A stretch of 64,000 nt of DNA from Rhodothermales bacterium (GTDB lineage Bacteria > Bacteroidota > Rhodothermia > Rhodothermales > Bin80), in the NCBI GenBank assembly GCA_963665975.1, contig OY762508.1, positions 715,067-779,066 of the forward strand. The letters are read 5' to 3'. Under the pieces are notes generated by a model that was given only the letters and a program-made list of their open reading frames with translations, did not search any database and had not been told where the DNA came from. The position numbers were made by a program, and so were the translations under genes. Below are positions 1 to 10,764 of the stretch, in pieces. Position 1 is the stretch's first letter, and every line of letters starts with the position of its first letter.

Positions 1-9
1 GCACTCCTC

Positions 10-855
10 TTGCAGCATTTGCGTGACCAAATCCACGGATCGGTGCGCGTATTTTTTCAGCCAAACGAAGAAGGCACTCCCAGCGGATCGGTGCCGATGA
101 TTAAGGCTGGTGTGCTTGAGGGCCTGGAAGCCGTTTACTGTATTCATGCCGATCCCACGCTCGACGTCGGCGTCTACGGCCTCATTACCGGGCCCGTCAC
201 GGCCTCCTCTGATCGATTGCGCGCGTGCATTCGTGCGAAACGCACCGGGCACTCAGCGAGGCCCCACCAGGCCAAGGACACCATTTGGATCGCCAACCTG
301 CTCCTGAACCAATTCTACCAGTACATTGGCCGCATCACCGATGCGCGCAATGGGGCCGTGCTGACCGTGTGCATGTTCAAGGGTGGTATCACCCACAATG
401 TCATTCCCTCAGAAGTGACGTTCGAAGGAACGCTGCGATGCCTGAACCGCGATGACCGGACAAACCTGAAAGCTCTCATGCGCCAGACGGCCGAACAGCT
501 GGCTGCACTACATGGAGTGTCGATTGATCTTGAGTTTACCAGCAGCATGTCATCTGTATTGAACGACCAGAGGCTCGTTCAAAACGTACGCAATACCATT
601 GAACAGTTGTTCGGGCCAGAAGCCTCGTTTGATATTCCTGTCCCAAGCATGGGATCGGAGGATTTTGCCCACTATCTGGAATACCTGCCCGGCATGCTCG
701 CGCGCGTCGGCACCGCCTCAGGCATCTGGTCGCGCCTCCCGTTGCATGACAACCAGTTCGACCTGGACGATGCCTGCCTGCAACCAGCGGTGAGACTAAT
801 GAGTCAGGCACTCATGAATCACCTGCGCCTAGGGATACTGCAGGAACGCGCCTGA
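10..855 (+). CDS. M20 family amidohydrolase (5'-truncated by window edge)
   Basis: Motifs FQPNEEG, GHSARPH, NVIP, MGSEDFA and LH near the C-terminus, typical of M20D amidohydrolases; the frame is open to the window start. Confidence 0.9.
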   Translation: MQHLRDQIHGSVRVFFQPNEEGTPSGSVPMIKAGVLEGLEAVYCIHADPTLDVGVYGLITGPVTASSDRLRACIRAKRTGHSARPHQAKDTIWIANLLLNQFYQYIGRITDARNGAVLTVCMFKGGITHNVIPSEVTFEGTLRCLNRDDRTNLKALMRQTAEQLAALHGVSIDLEFTSSMSSVLNDQRLVQNVRNTIEQLFGPEASFDIPVPSMGSEDFAHYLEYLPGMLARVGTASGIWSRLPLHDNQFDLDDACLQPAVRLMSQALMNHLRLGILQERA

Positions 856-995
856 TCCTGGTGCTGTGCGCGTGGAACAGCGCCAGAGTGCTGTTGTTGG
901 CATTGTTAGACGCAATTTCGGCAGTCTGCTGGAACAGCAGATAGTAGCCTGTGTAGCATGCAACGAAGCACTTTCAAGAGCTCGGGACCAATACC

Positions 996-1349
996 ATGCC
1001 GGAAGACACCGTTGCCCGTCCAACGCCGGTGCTGCTCAGCCCACGTGCGGCGGAAGAGGTGAGGAAAATCCTGACCGAGCAACCGATCCCGGAAGGATAC
1101 GGCCTTCGCATCGGTGTGCGCGGCGGAGGCTGCTCAGGAATGAGCTATATCCTGGGTTTCGACAAACTGCGCGAACACGACCTGACGTTCGATTATGACG
1201 GCATCGCCCTCTATATTGACAAGCGCCACGGACTCTACCTGATGGGTACGACCATCGATTACCACGTAGGGCTCAATGCGCGCGGGTTCACCTTCACCAA
1301 CCCCAACGCCACGCAGACATGCGGGTGCGGGTCCAGCTTCGCGGCGTAA
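996..1349 (+). CDS. iscA: Iron-sulfur cluster assembly accessory protein (HesB/IscA family)
   Basis: GGGCSGMSY and C-terminal CGCGSSF motifs. Confidence 0.93.
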   Translation: MPEDTVARPTPVLLSPRAAEEVRKILTEQPIPEGYGLRIGVRGGGCSGMSYILGFDKLREHDLTFDYDGIALYIDKRHGLYLMGTTIDYHVGLNARGFTFTNPNATQTCGCGSSFAA

Positions 1350-1382
1350 TACGCCATCACGGGTTCAGCTTACGGAGTAAGC

Positions 1383-3935
1383 ATGGAAGGCAACTTTTCA
1401 AATCGGGTGCGGGACGTAATCTCGTACAGCCGCGATGAAGCCATCCGGCTCGGGCACGACTATATAGGCACCGAGCACCTGTTGCTGGGAATTATACGGG
1501 AAGGGGAAGGCATCGCCGTCAAGATCCTGCGCAATCTGGGATGCGACTTACAGCGCCTCAAGAAAGCTATTGAGGATACCGTGCGCAGCACGGGCGGCAC
1601 GCTAACGGTCGGCAATATTCCGCTGACCAAACAGGCGGAAAAGGTCCTCAAGATCACCTATCTCGAAGCAAAACTCTACAAGAACGATGTCATCGGAACG
1701 GAGCACCTGCTGCTTAGCCTGCTTCGGGATGACGAAAATATCGCCGCACAGATTCTGCAACAAGGCTACTCCATCACCTACGACGCCATGCGTGCGGAGT
1801 TGGATGCCATCCTGAGTGGCAAATCCACCCCACGAGGAGGCAGCGGTGAAAGCGGGCGCACAACATCGAGGCAGTCGCGCGATCCCGGCAAGTCCGACAA
1901 GGGCAAGACCCCCGTCCTGGACAACTTCGGGCGCGACCTGACGCGACTGGCGGACGAAGGAAAGCTGGATCCGGTGATCGGCCGCCAGCGCGAAATCGAA
2001 CGTGTGGCGCAGGTGTTGAGTCGCCGCAAGAAGAACAATCCTGTGCTCATCGGAGAGCCTGGGGTAGGCAAGACCGCTATCGCTGAAGGTCTGGCCATGC
2101 GCATCATACAGCGCAAGGTGTCGCGCGTGCTGCATGGCAAGCGCATCGTAACACTGGACCTCGCCGCACTTGTTGCAGGCACCAAGTACCGGGGACAGTT
2201 CGAGGAGCGTATGAAGGCCGTCATGAACGAGTTGGAAAAGAATCCAAACGTGATTCTGTTCATCGACGAATTGCATACGATTGTCGGGGCGGGCGGAGCT
2301 TCCGGGTCTCTCGACGCCTCGAACATGTTCAAGCCGGCCCTGGCGCGTGGCGACATTCAGTGCATCGGGGCCACCACACTGGATGAGTATCGGCAGTACA
2401 TCGAAAAGGATGGCGCCCTGGATCGCAGGTTCCAGAAAATAATGGTGGATCCGTCAACACCGGAAGAAACCACCGAAATACTCTTCAAAATCAAAGACCG
2501 TTACGAAGACCACCATAACGTAGCGTATACCGATGAAGCGCTGAATCTCGCGGTTCACCTCTCCGTACGGTATATCTCGGACCGGTACCTGCCTGATAAA
2601 GCCATCGATGTGATCGATGAGGCCGGTGCCCGCGTCCATCTTAGCAATATCCGCGTGCCTCAAGTGATCATCGAACTGGAAGACCAGATCGAACAGACAC
2701 GCGATAAGAAGACCTTCGTCGTCAAGAGCCAGCGCTTCGAAGAAGCAGCCCGGCTGCGTGACAGAGAAAAGAAACTCCAGGGAAAACTGGCCGCCGAGAA
2801 ACGCTCTTGGGAGGCCAAAGCCGAAAACGAAGTACATAACGTCACCGAGCGGGATATCGCGCAAGTAGTGGCGATGATGACCGGCATCCCGGTTGACAAG
2901 ATTTCGGAGCCCGAGCAGCAGAAGCTGCTCGAAATGGAAGCCGTTCTGCAGGAGCGCGTGATCGGGCAGGATGAGCCCATCACAAAGTTGGCCAGAGCCA
3001 TCCGTAGAACCCGCGCCGGACTCAAGGATCCCGGACGACCTATCGGATCCTTCATCTTCCTCGGCCCGACAGGCGTTGGCAAAACCGAACTCGCCAAGGT
3101 GCTCACCGAGTACCTGTTCGACTCGCAAGATGCACTCGTTCGCCTCGATATGAGCGAGTACATGGAGAAATTCTCGGTGAGCCGCCTGGTAGGCGCACCG
3201 CCCGGATATGTCGGCTATGAAGAAGGCGGGCAGCTGACCGAAAAGGTTCGCCGCAAACCATACTCGGTAGTCCTGCTGGACGAAATCGAGAAAGCACACC
3301 CTGATGTCTTCAACATCCTGCTACAGGTATTGGATGACGGAATCCTGACCGACGGCCTTGGTCGCCGCGTGGACTTCCGGAACACGATCATCATCATGAC
3401 GAGCAACATCGGGGCGCGCGATATCAAAAACATCGGCAAGGGAATCGGCTTCTCGCAGTCCGAGCAGGGGTATAACTATAAGGTGATGAAGAACATGGTG
3501 GAGGATGCCCTGAAGCGCGTCTTTAACCCGGAATTCCTCAACCGTGTCGATGATGTAATCGTCTTCCATGCCCTGGAGGAACGCCATATTTTCCAAATCA
3601 TCGATCTTATGGCCTCTGACCTGTTTGGTAGGGTCGAAGAGTTGGGAATATCGATTGACATGCAGGCCTCGGCGAAAGATTTTCTCGTACGCAAGGGCTT
3701 CGATGCAAAATTCGGAGCGCGACCCCTCCGTCGAGCTATTCAAAAGTATATGGAAGACCCCATGGCCGAGGCCATCCTGGGCGAGCATCTGACAGAGGGC
3801 GACAGCATTGTCATCAAGTACGATGCCAATAGCGAGGCAGCGGAGCTGATGGTGGAAATCAAGAAACGAGTCGTAGAGAAAACCGTGCCTGCCGAAGCCA
3901 AGGCCACGGCAGAAGAAGAGAGCGAAGAACAATAA
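1383..3935 (+). CDS. clpC: ATP-dependent Clp protease ATP-binding subunit ClpC
   Basis: Two Clp N repeats (GTEHLLL), two AAA+ modules (GEPGVGKT, GPTGVGKT), UVR-like middle region, GAPPGYVGYEEGG. Confidence 0.96.
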   Translation: MEGNFSNRVRDVISYSRDEAIRLGHDYIGTEHLLLGIIREGEGIAVKILRNLGCDLQRLKKAIEDTVRSTGGTLTVGNIPLTKQAEKVLKITYLEAKLYKNDVIGTEHLLLSLLRDDENIAAQILQQGYSITYDAMRAELDAILSGKSTPRGGSGESGRTTSRQSRDPGKSDKGKTPVLDNFGRDLTRLADEGKLDPVIGRQREIERVAQVLSRRKKNNPVLIGEPGVGKTAIAEGLAMRIIQRKVSRVLHGKRIVTLDLAALVAGTKYRGQFEERMKAVMNELEKNPNVILFIDELHTIVGAGGASGSLDASNMFKPALARGDIQCIGATTLDEYRQYIEKDGALDRRFQKIMVDPSTPEETTEILFKIKDRYEDHHNVAYTDEALNLAVHLSVRYISDRYLPDKAIDVIDEAGARVHLSNIRVPQVIIELEDQIEQTRDKKTFVVKSQRFEEAARLRDREKKLQGKLAAEKRSWEAKAENEVHNVTERDIAQVVAMMTGIPVDKISEPEQQKLLEMEAVLQERVIGQDEPITKLARAIRRTRAGLKDPGRPIGSFIFLGPTGVGKTELAKVLTEYLFDSQDALVRLDMSEYMEKFSVSRLVGAPPGYVGYEEGGQLTEKVRRKPYSVVLLDEIEKAHPDVFNILLQVLDDGILTDGLGRRVDFRNTIIIMTSNIGARDIKNIGKGIGFSQSEQGYNYKVMKNMVEDALKRVFNPEFLNRVDDVIVFHALEERHIFQIIDLMASDLFGRVEELGISIDMQASAKDFLVRKGFDAKFGARPLRRAIQKYMEDPMAEAILGEHLTEGDSIVIKYDANSEAAELMVEIKKRVVEKTVPAEAKATAEEESEEQ

Positions 3936-4073
3936 ACGCTGTTGAGCCGGCCACACCGTTACTACGGGCCACAATACCATTGTTGCATGGGATCCTCCGC
4001 ATCATGGTGCGCCGTCGCACTAACGAGGATCAGACGGCACATGGCACGCTCTTGAACCCAGCGCGCACCTCGC

Positions 4074-5168
4074 ATGATCGAACGCCTTGCCATCATTGGA
4101 TTGGGACTGATCGGAGGATCGCTAGCGCTCGCCTGGAAGCGTAATCGTAGCGATCTAACGCTCATCGGCTTCGACAGACCGGAAGTACAGGAGGCTGCGC
4201 TCGCGCGACAGATGGTGGATCACACGGCGTCATCTCCGGCGGCGGCAGCCGCACAGGCCGATTTGGTGGTGCTGGCAACGCCGCTTGACGCCATGGCCGA
4301 GCTACTCAAGGACATAGCTCCTCACCTGCGCCCTGGCGCCGTGGTGACCGACGTTGGATCCGTAAAAATGCCCGTCATGTCAGCCGCACAGGCAGCACTG
4401 GGGCCCTCCAATCCGTTTATCGGCGGACATCCAATGGCGGGGTCGGAACGCGGCGGCCTGTCAAGCGCCGACGCATTCCTGTTTGAAAACGCGACCTACG
4501 TGTTGTGCCCGGCGGCAGGCAACAGCGTTGTCAACCACAAGGATTTCCTGCAAGTCATCGAGGCGACCGGCGCTCGCATCCTGCTCCTGGATGCGAATCG
4601 ACATGACACGATTGCCGCCTGTACGAGCCATCTGCCCCAACTCGTCGCAACAACCCTCATGAATGTCACTGCACAACGGCTCGACGATGACCAGGCTTTG
4701 CTACAACTGGCGGCGGGCGGGTTCCGGGATATGACGCGCATCGCGTCCTCACCCTATGCACTATGGCGACCAATCCTTGAGGCTAACCAGGACTGCGTGG
4801 TGGCGACACTGAACGACTTCATGCAGACCCTGCAGCACATTATCGATTGCATAACAGAGGGCGATCAGGATGCGATTGGCGAAGCCTTTGCTCGCGCAAG
4901 TGAGTTGCGAGACACGATTCCGAAAGACTCCAAAGGCTTCCTCCACCCTCTCGCCGACGTATTCGTGTACGCGGAAGACCGCCCCGGCACACTCACGCAC
5001 ATCACGAATACGTTGTTTGACAGTGGCATCAACATCAAGGACATCGAACTGCTGAAGATTCGTGAGGGAACCGGCGGCGCTTTCCGGATCAGCTTCGTGG
5101 ATGACCAAGCCGCGGAAAATGCGGTCACCGTACTCATGGAGGCTGGGTGTCGCGCCCATCGACTCTAA
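4074..5168 (+). CDS. tyrA: Prephenate/arogenate dehydrogenase with C-terminal ACT domain
   Basis: GLGLIGGS Rossmann motif, DVGSVK, GGHPMAGSE, SHLPQ, GGFRDMTRIA, ACT-like DRPGTL. Confidence 0.92.
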   Translation: MIERLAIIGLGLIGGSLALAWKRNRSDLTLIGFDRPEVQEAALARQMVDHTASSPAAAAAQADLVVLATPLDAMAELLKDIAPHLRPGAVVTDVGSVKMPVMSAAQAALGPSNPFIGGHPMAGSERGGLSSADAFLFENATYVLCPAAGNSVVNHKDFLQVIEATGARILLLDANRHDTIAACTSHLPQLVATTLMNVTAQRLDDDQALLQLAAGGFRDMTRIASSPYALWRPILEANQDCVVATLNDFMQTLQHIIDCITEGDQDAIGEAFARASELRDTIPKDSKGFLHPLADVFVYAEDRPGTLTHITNTLFDSGINIKDIELLKIREGTGGAFRISFVDDQAAENAVTVLMEAGCRAHRL

Positions 5169-5201
5169 TCCACACACTACACTCCAGGCAAACAATCGCA
5201 T

Positions 5202-6317
5202 ATGGACGGCTCGACTTCCCAAAAGACGCCCCTGTATGTCCGACATGTGGAAATGGGTGCCCGCATGACGGATTTTGCCGGCTTTAGCATGCCCCTACAG
5301 TATTCCAGGATCGTAGAAGAACACCTGGCTGTCCGCAATCTTGCCGGCCTCTTCGATGTCAGCCACATGGGAGAGGTGTTTGTCCAGGGACCGAGGGCCT
5401 TCGCCTTTGTACAAAACCTTGTCACCAATAACGTAGCGAAGCTCGAAGACGGAAAAGCCCTCTACACGGTGATGTGCCGACCTGCCGGGGGCATTATTGA
5501 CGATCTCCTCGTATATCGGCTGCGCGAGGACACATTTATCCTAGTCATCAATGCCTCGAATATCGAAAAAGACTTCGCATGGATGCAGGAGAATAATCCC
5601 ATGGGCGCCAACCTCCACAACACGTCGAAGCACATTGCGCTAATGGCGCTGCAGGGACCACGCACGTTCGATATTGCCGCACAGATCACGGACCTGCCAC
5701 TGCAAAACCTTCCGTATTACCGGTTCCTGCGACCCCCCTCGGGAACCTTCCTGGGATGCGACAAAGTGATTCTGTCTCGCACCGGATATACCGGTGAAAT
5801 CGGCCTCGAAATCTATGTCGAAGCGGAAAGTGCATTGAGAGTATGGGATGCCATATTGGATGCGGGCGCGGATGCCGGCTTGAAGCCGTGCGGCCTTGGG
5901 GCACGCGATACGCTGCGCCTGGAAGCCGGCTTCTGTCTTTACGGACGTGACCTTGACGAGCAGACGAATCCCTATGAAGCACGCCTTGGATGGCTGACTA
6001 AACTGGACAAGGGCCCATTCATCGGCAGAGACGCGCTACGCACGATCAAAGAGCAAGGCACCCGGCGCATACTCGTCGGTTTCGTAATGGAAGGGCGCGG
6101 CATTCCCCGATCCGGGCACCCACTCGAAACAACCACTGGAGAAGAAATCGGAATCGTAACCAGTGGATCGCAGTCGCCGATACTGCAACGCGGTATCGGG
6201 CTCGGTTACGTCCAAAACGATAAGGATCTTTGTACACCCGGAGCAAGCATCCAAGTCCGTGTGCGCAACCGCGCCATCCCCGCCCGCATAGTCAAGCCGC
6301 CCTTCCACAAAAGCTGA
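5202..6317 (+). CDS. gcvT: Glycine cleavage system aminomethyltransferase T
   Basis: LFDVSHMGE, SRTGYTGE, GLGARDTLRLEAG. Confidence 0.96.
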   Translation: MDGSTSQKTPLYVRHVEMGARMTDFAGFSMPLQYSRIVEEHLAVRNLAGLFDVSHMGEVFVQGPRAFAFVQNLVTNNVAKLEDGKALYTVMCRPAGGIIDDLLVYRLREDTFILVINASNIEKDFAWMQENNPMGANLHNTSKHIALMALQGPRTFDIAAQITDLPLQNLPYYRFLRPPSGTFLGCDKVILSRTGYTGEIGLEIYVEAESALRVWDAILDAGADAGLKPCGLGARDTLRLEAGFCLYGRDLDEQTNPYEARLGWLTKLDKGPFIGRDALRTIKEQGTRRILVGFVMEGRGIPRSGHPLETTTGEEIGIVTSGSQSPILQRGIGLGYVQNDKDLCTPGASIQVRVRNRAIPARIVKPPFHKS

Positions 6318-6659
6318 CCACATTGTCAGCCGGATGGTCTGTTGTCAGGAATCATGGGAATTGCTGATCAAGCCATCCAGGCGGATGTTGGGTACAAGAA
6401 ACTGCCACCGGCGTAACAGTAACACCAATTTCGGAGTCAGGAAGGCCGTTTTCCAATGAGGCTCGTGCTGGTCACACCATCCAAATATTGATGCAATAGT
6501 GATCCTGGGGTCATGGTTGATGAAAATGGCTGGCGACAGAATATCCTGTCCGACCAAGGCACTCTATCCGATGCTATCAGCTGATAGACGTGGCACTTAT
6601 ATACCGAAATAACATCAACCCTCAAGAATCCCAACTAGACAAAGAACGGAAAATGTCCG

Positions 6660-9026
6660 TCATTGCCGGGCAACCCCATCTGGCGCACACGTCTTGTATC
6701 CGACTCCGTGCACGTTTAGGATATAGGTCGGTTCGGCCGCGTTATCGCCTAGCTTGTGGCGGAGCTTTTTCACGAATGTACGCACATGCCCTTTGTTGTT
6801 GGCACCTTCGTCGCCCCACAATAGGCTAATCAACTTGTCATAGGTCACTACACTCCCTGCATTAAGCGATAGCAAGCGCAATAGTTTGTACTCGGTGGAG
6901 GTCAAGTGTATCGTGCGGCCCGTGACGGTCACAAGGCGCCGGTCGTAATGAATTTCGAGATCCTTCAATACACAAGAGCCCGGCTCGGCTGACCGTCGCA
7001 GGGCCGCCTTAATTCTCGCCGTAAGCTCAGTGGGAGAAAATGGTTTGACAATGTAGTCGACGGCCCCACTTTCCAAGGCCCGTGCGATAGTCTGGTCCCT
7101 TCCGTAGCCGGATAGAAAAATGACCGGCTGATCGGCCAACTCACGAACATTCTCCATCAATGTGATGCCATCTATCCCAAGCAAAACTAAATCGAGTAGT
7201 ACCAATCCGGGTCTTTTTTCCTTTATGATTCGGGACAGCTCCCGATGGTCGCTGGAAACAATCGGGGAGTAGCCCGCTGAGGTAAGAATGTCCTGAACGT
7301 AGCGAAGCATCCTCAGATCGTCGTCCACTACGAGAATGCGTGTCCGGTTTGCAGTTGATTTTGAGACCTCCTTCGTATTCCGCCTCCATATGTTCTGGCC
7401 ACCAACAATGGATTTTTCAGCTACTGGAACCGTGAACGTGAACCGCGCACCCATACCCACACCAGCACTCTCGGCCCAGATGCGTCCGCCATGCGTCTCG
7501 ACGAGTCCCTTGCAGATGGCAAGCCCGAGACCAAATCCCCTGATTCCATGCTCCGAATTTTTTTGGAAGCCGACGTATTTCTCAAATAAGTGCGGCAGCA
7601 ATTCTGGGGACACGCCCTTGCCTTCGTCCGAGACCGAGATCGCAACGTGCATGTCATCTTGAACCGCGGTCACAACAATAGGGAACCGTGAGGACGAGTT
7701 CTTAGCCGCATTCGAGAATAGATTATTCAGCACTTGGACGATGCGGTGACTGTCGACCATTATGCGAGGCAATTCCGGCTGAAGGTTGATTCGGACGGCA
7801 TGTTGGCTTCCGCCACTCAAGAACAAAGTTCTCGCTCGTTCCACCAGGTCGAACACGTTCCACGGCTCGGGAAATACTGACAACGTACCCGTGCCGATGC
7901 GTCCGGCATCCAGGAGGTCGCTGATCAGGCTTTGCATATGATCGGCCTGCTCGTTGACGATTCGGAAAAACTGGAGCATTTCGTCTCGACCCAACGTCTC
8001 AGAATTTCCCAATACAGCGGCGGATGAACCCTTGATAGAGGTCAGTGGAGCCCGCAACTCGTGGCTTACCATACCGAGGAATTCAGTCCGCGACCGCTCG
8101 AACTCCTCCAGCGGAGCTAAGTCCTGCATGGTGACGATCAGTGAGTCTATGGTACCGTTGGGGGAATGGATCGCCGTGGCGTTGACCAGAATCTTGATTC
8201 TCCGATCGTCGCCGACTGAAAGCTCGACCGTTTCTGCACGCACCGCCTCGAAATTGCCGGAATCGAGTGTCGTAACGAGTTCAGCAAACGTAGTCTCCCG
8301 CCCATCGGACCGCCGGCATGTTATTATTCCTAGCAACTGCTCCTCTGTGTATCCCGGCACCTGTATGCCGTTGATGAGCCGCTGCGCTTCTTGATTGAAC
8401 AATTCCGGATTGCCCGTCCTGGTGTCGAAGACTACTACACCCACAGGCGACGTGTCTATCAGAGCTTCCAGGTCTGCCCGGGCTCGCCGCTCGTTACGAT
8501 GCGCGTGGGCATTGCCAATGACTATCGCCGCCTGCGAAGCAAATATCATCAGAATCTCTTCGTCCTCACTGGTAAATTCTCGCCCTTGCTGCTTGCTACT
8601 TAGAAAAAATAGGCCAACCTGCCGGCCTTGATGACGTATTGGAGTAGCCTGGAAGGCCCCTGAAGGGACCAGGTCCGCTGAAAAGCCCCGCGCACTAATG
8701 TAGGTAGGCAAGTCTGTCAAACGCAGAATCCCAGACAGCTCGCGAAAGTGTTCGAAGAGTCGCAGCCCCTCGGACCAGGCCAGCAGCTGCTGGCGCTCGT
8801 CCTCACTGAAGCCGGACATGACGAAGTCCGCAGCTTTTCCCGTCTCGCCGATGGTCGTAATAACACCGTACCGGGCACCGGTCAACTCGCGGGCATTCTC
8901 CACAATCTCTCGCAAGACAATGTCAAGTTCGAGACTTGCGCTGATGCGCAAAATGGCCGCACACAGCCGGGAAGTACACTGGCATAACGCCTCCCCTGCT
9001 TGCCTTGATTCGTCGAAATGCTTCAT
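6660..9026 (-). CDS. Soluble hybrid sensor kinase/response regulator: GAF-PAS-HisKA-HATPase-REC-OmpR-type winged helix
   Basis: VSHELRAPLTSI H-box, NNLFSNAAK N-box, DEGKG and GFGLGLAI G-boxes, REC (VVDDD...LLDL...KPFS), KdpE/OmpR-like tail LTSTEYKLL...KLRHKLGD...GVGY; no TM segment seen. Start could be 9041 (TTG). Confidence 0.88.
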   Translation of the reverse strand: MKHFDESRQAGEALCQCTSRLCAAILRISASLELDIVLREIVENARELTGARYGVITTIGETGKAADFVMSGFSEDERQQLLAWSEGLRLFEHFRELSGILRLTDLPTYISARGFSADLVPSGAFQATPIRHQGRQVGLFFLSSKQQGREFTSEDEEILMIFASQAAIVIGNAHAHRNERRARADLEALIDTSPVGVVVFDTRTGNPELFNQEAQRLINGIQVPGYTEEQLLGIITCRRSDGRETTFAELVTTLDSGNFEAVRAETVELSVGDDRRIKILVNATAIHSPNGTIDSLIVTMQDLAPLEEFERSRTEFLGMVSHELRAPLTSIKGSSAAVLGNSETLGRDEMLQFFRIVNEQADHMQSLISDLLDAGRIGTGTLSVFPEPWNVFDLVERARTLFLSGGSQHAVRINLQPELPRIMVDSHRIVQVLNNLFSNAAKNSSSRFPIVVTAVQDDMHVAISVSDEGKGVSPELLPHLFEKYVGFQKNSEHGIRGFGLGLAICKGLVETHGGRIWAESAGVGMGARFTFTVPVAEKSIVGGQNIWRRNTKEVSKSTANRTRILVVDDDLRMLRYVQDILTSAGYSPIVSSDHRELSRIIKEKRPGLVLLDLVLLGIDGITLMENVRELADQPVIFLSGYGRDQTIARALESGAVDYIVKPFSPTELTARIKAALRRSAEPGSCVLKDLEIHYDRRLVTVTGRTIHLTSTEYKLLRLLSLNAGSVVTYDKLISLLWGDEGANNKGHVRTFVKKLRHKLGDNAAEPTYILNVHGVGYKTCAPDGVARQ

Positions 9027-9270
9027 GTTCTTCACAGCCAATCGTTGTCCGAAGTTGCCTGTCCGTTGCCGTGGATTATTCGACGATGTCGTTCACCCAA
9101 ACCAAGCGATATTGGTCGCTTGGCATCGATTGACTTGAATACGTGTTCCAAATGAACACGATAATAATACGAATAATTTTCGGACGTCCACGTAAGATAC
9201 ACAATAAATCATGCAATTTGCATCCTAAGGCCTATTCCATTTCGAGGATCAAGTCATACGCAACTCCCGA

Positions 9271-9777
9271 ATGCCTTCTTGGCATGCCCCGGACGGTTAC
9301 TCTTGTGCTAACGCATGCCGGAGAGTATTGCCGTCACGGCTACCGGAGCGCCGCTTTCTGGACCCGAGCCGTCGTAGCGTCGGCACACGAGACGGAGGCT
9401 CCGCAGACGCGGACTCCCTCATTCCAAGGGTTGCCGCCGGAACACACTCCGTAAGCGCTTCCTTTGTCGGTTCTGCCACGTTGACATACACAGACATGCA
9501 CGTCAATCTTGAACCAGCCGACGCCACTGGACTCTGTTACGATCGGAATCAAGACGATCGACATGGAGAACTTCCAGATACGCACCGCCACGAATTTCAA
9601 CGGGGCATTCGCGGCAGCTTCGGGGTAGAAAATATGTATTGCCTGGACGGACTCAACCTGCGCGACACAGTCTCTGGCGGTAGCCTGACGAGCATTAATA
9701 CTACCTCCATCAAAGAAGTGGAAGTGCCGACCGATGGTTGGAACACCGAGTATGGCGGCCATGCCATTGGTCATTAA
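9271..9777 (+). pseudogene. Decayed TonB-dependent receptor N-terminus (carboxypeptidase-regulatory-like domain plus plug fragment)
   Basis: GTHSVSASFVG resembles G.Y.V.ASFVG; IRGS..VENMYCLDGLNLRD...SIKEVEVPTDGWNTEYGG resembles the plug motif IRGG...E..Y.IDG...I.E.EV..GGF.AEYG; no barrel follows. Confidence 0.7.
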
Positions 9778-10764
9778 ACGGGTCGGCAAGAGCACCACAG
9801 ACCGCATTCACGGCGTCATTCGCTCACGCATGAACTCTGCACGACTGTGTCCCTGGAGCCGTAATATCTATGGTTCCTTTGTTCCTTCTCGCGGGTTTTG
9901 CAAGAGGCTAAAGCGCCATAGATTTGCTCCCCAGCCTGCCTCCACGTCGATAGTGATCGCTGGGCAAGATATGTTGCATGTGAACTACAACACGTGCGAT
10001 TGATTCTTCATGTGAGGCAGACGTCATCCTCGTGCCGCCAACCGCGCGGAGCCGTGGTTTGCGTACGGCAATTTTCTCGAAACTGGTTGTGGCTGCCCTG
10101 ATATCAATCATCGCAAACCCGGTGACGCCTCGGTGGCTATTCCCGGCACTCGATATATGTGCGTTGAGCTTTGTCCGACAAACCAATAGTGACAGAAATA
10201 ATCGGTGCACCGCCAGCCAACATTTCTGGAGCGGAAAGAATTCTCCTGCGTCGGTCATGATCTATGCCCCGAATAGCTAAATTGGCCTGCCAACCCCAAT
10301 GCGAGAACCGATACGGCGGCGCAGAGAGTATCTACACCGGATGACCAATCCGGAAACGGTCCGAAACCGAACCGGCGGACGCATTCTCCCACCACCAGAT
10401 CCATCGTGAGAAGACTGCAGACCAACGCACTCCGCGGGTCTGAAGGCGGCTGCTTGTACGTTCGTGGAGAAACCGTTCCGCGTTCTGATGGTAACAACTT
10501 GGTCTCTCTGCGAGCAACGTTTGGTCCTGCGGCTGTGTCACCGGCTTTCCTCCCAGCCCATCACGGTCCGGGTATCAAACCATTCGATCCCGGTAGCGGG
10601 GCCGCTTTTCGACCATACCCCCGTATAGACACCCATTAACTTGACTAGTTAGTACTGGCGCGGTGATGCATCAACGTAATCTAAAGGGGACCATTGGTCA
10701 GCTCGGCGGTTAATCTCTCTTAATTGGATATTGGGCGCATCAACCCACGTAAGGAATTGTAACG

